This document shows positions 44,282-44,420 of a stretch of 44,420 nt of DNA, piece after piece (the first letter of the stretch is position 1; each line of letters starts with the position of its first letter). This stretch comes from a virus (taxonomy: Duplodnaviria > Caudoviricetes), in the IMG/VR virus record IMGVR_UViG_3300028364_000057, positions 1 through 44,420 of that record; one strand, 5' to 3'. Made by a program: the position numbers and the translations under genes. The notes below the pieces were generated by a model. That model was not told where the DNA came from. It did not search any database and saw nothing but the letters and a program-made list of their open reading frames with translations.

Positions 44282-44420
44282 CTCTCTGACTCTTCCTACA
44301 CGTGGCAGGTGAGCTGGTTAGTCCTGTAGGACTACCCAATCTTCTTCCAGTAGGTCTGTTTGTGAAGCTAGCCACGGGACCTGGTTATCATCTGCTGTCT
44401 TCATGTAGATGTAAGGCAGC
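44266..44420. repeat. Terminal direct repeat, right copy
   Basis: Matches 1-155 with one mismatch; implies a 44,265-bp circular or permuted genome. Confidence 0.97.

Noticed and set aside
44266-44420. 155-bp terminal repeat as a biological DTR
   Set aside because: It cuts through tad2 and a terminator, and the exact part is 126 bp (k-1 for k=127), so an assembler overlap with a SNP is more likely
1-44420. CRISPR array, DGR or retron
   Set aside because: No regularly spaced repeats, no reverse transcriptase, and the repeat mismatches are too few to indicate adenine-specific mutagenesis

Overview
This window is an apparently complete, circularly assembled ~44.27-kb tailed-phage genome: bases 1-155 repeat at 44266-44420 with one mismatch. 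Nearly all genes lie on the minus strand. In transcription order they are: early/replication genes (membrane protein plus lysozyme-like domain, replication initiator with internal iterons, small Zn-finger proteins, HIT hydrolase), terS/terL, portal, scaffold, capsid decoration and major capsid, four membrane/secreted proteins, podovirus-like tail genes, a tail-collar fibre, a 4264-aa DarB-like polyvalent protein, endolysin, holin and two anti-defence sponge-like genes (Tad2/DUF2829 and an Acb2/Tad1-like hairpin). I recognised no integrase, repressor or DNA polymerase. SD-less TATG starts and TGn-TATAAT promoters suggest a Patescibacteria/CPR-type host (inference). The most unusual content is three apparently promoter-driven structured non-coding RNAs in the late region that I cannot assign to a family: a 203-nt tRNA-like RNA whose anticodon arm is replaced by a ~125-nt structured insert, just upstream of terS; a 113-nt end-paired pseudoknot RNA; and a ~220-nt capsid-operon leader with an internal terminator. 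All assignments come from reading the sequence and recalling family motifs; no searches or folding programs were run.
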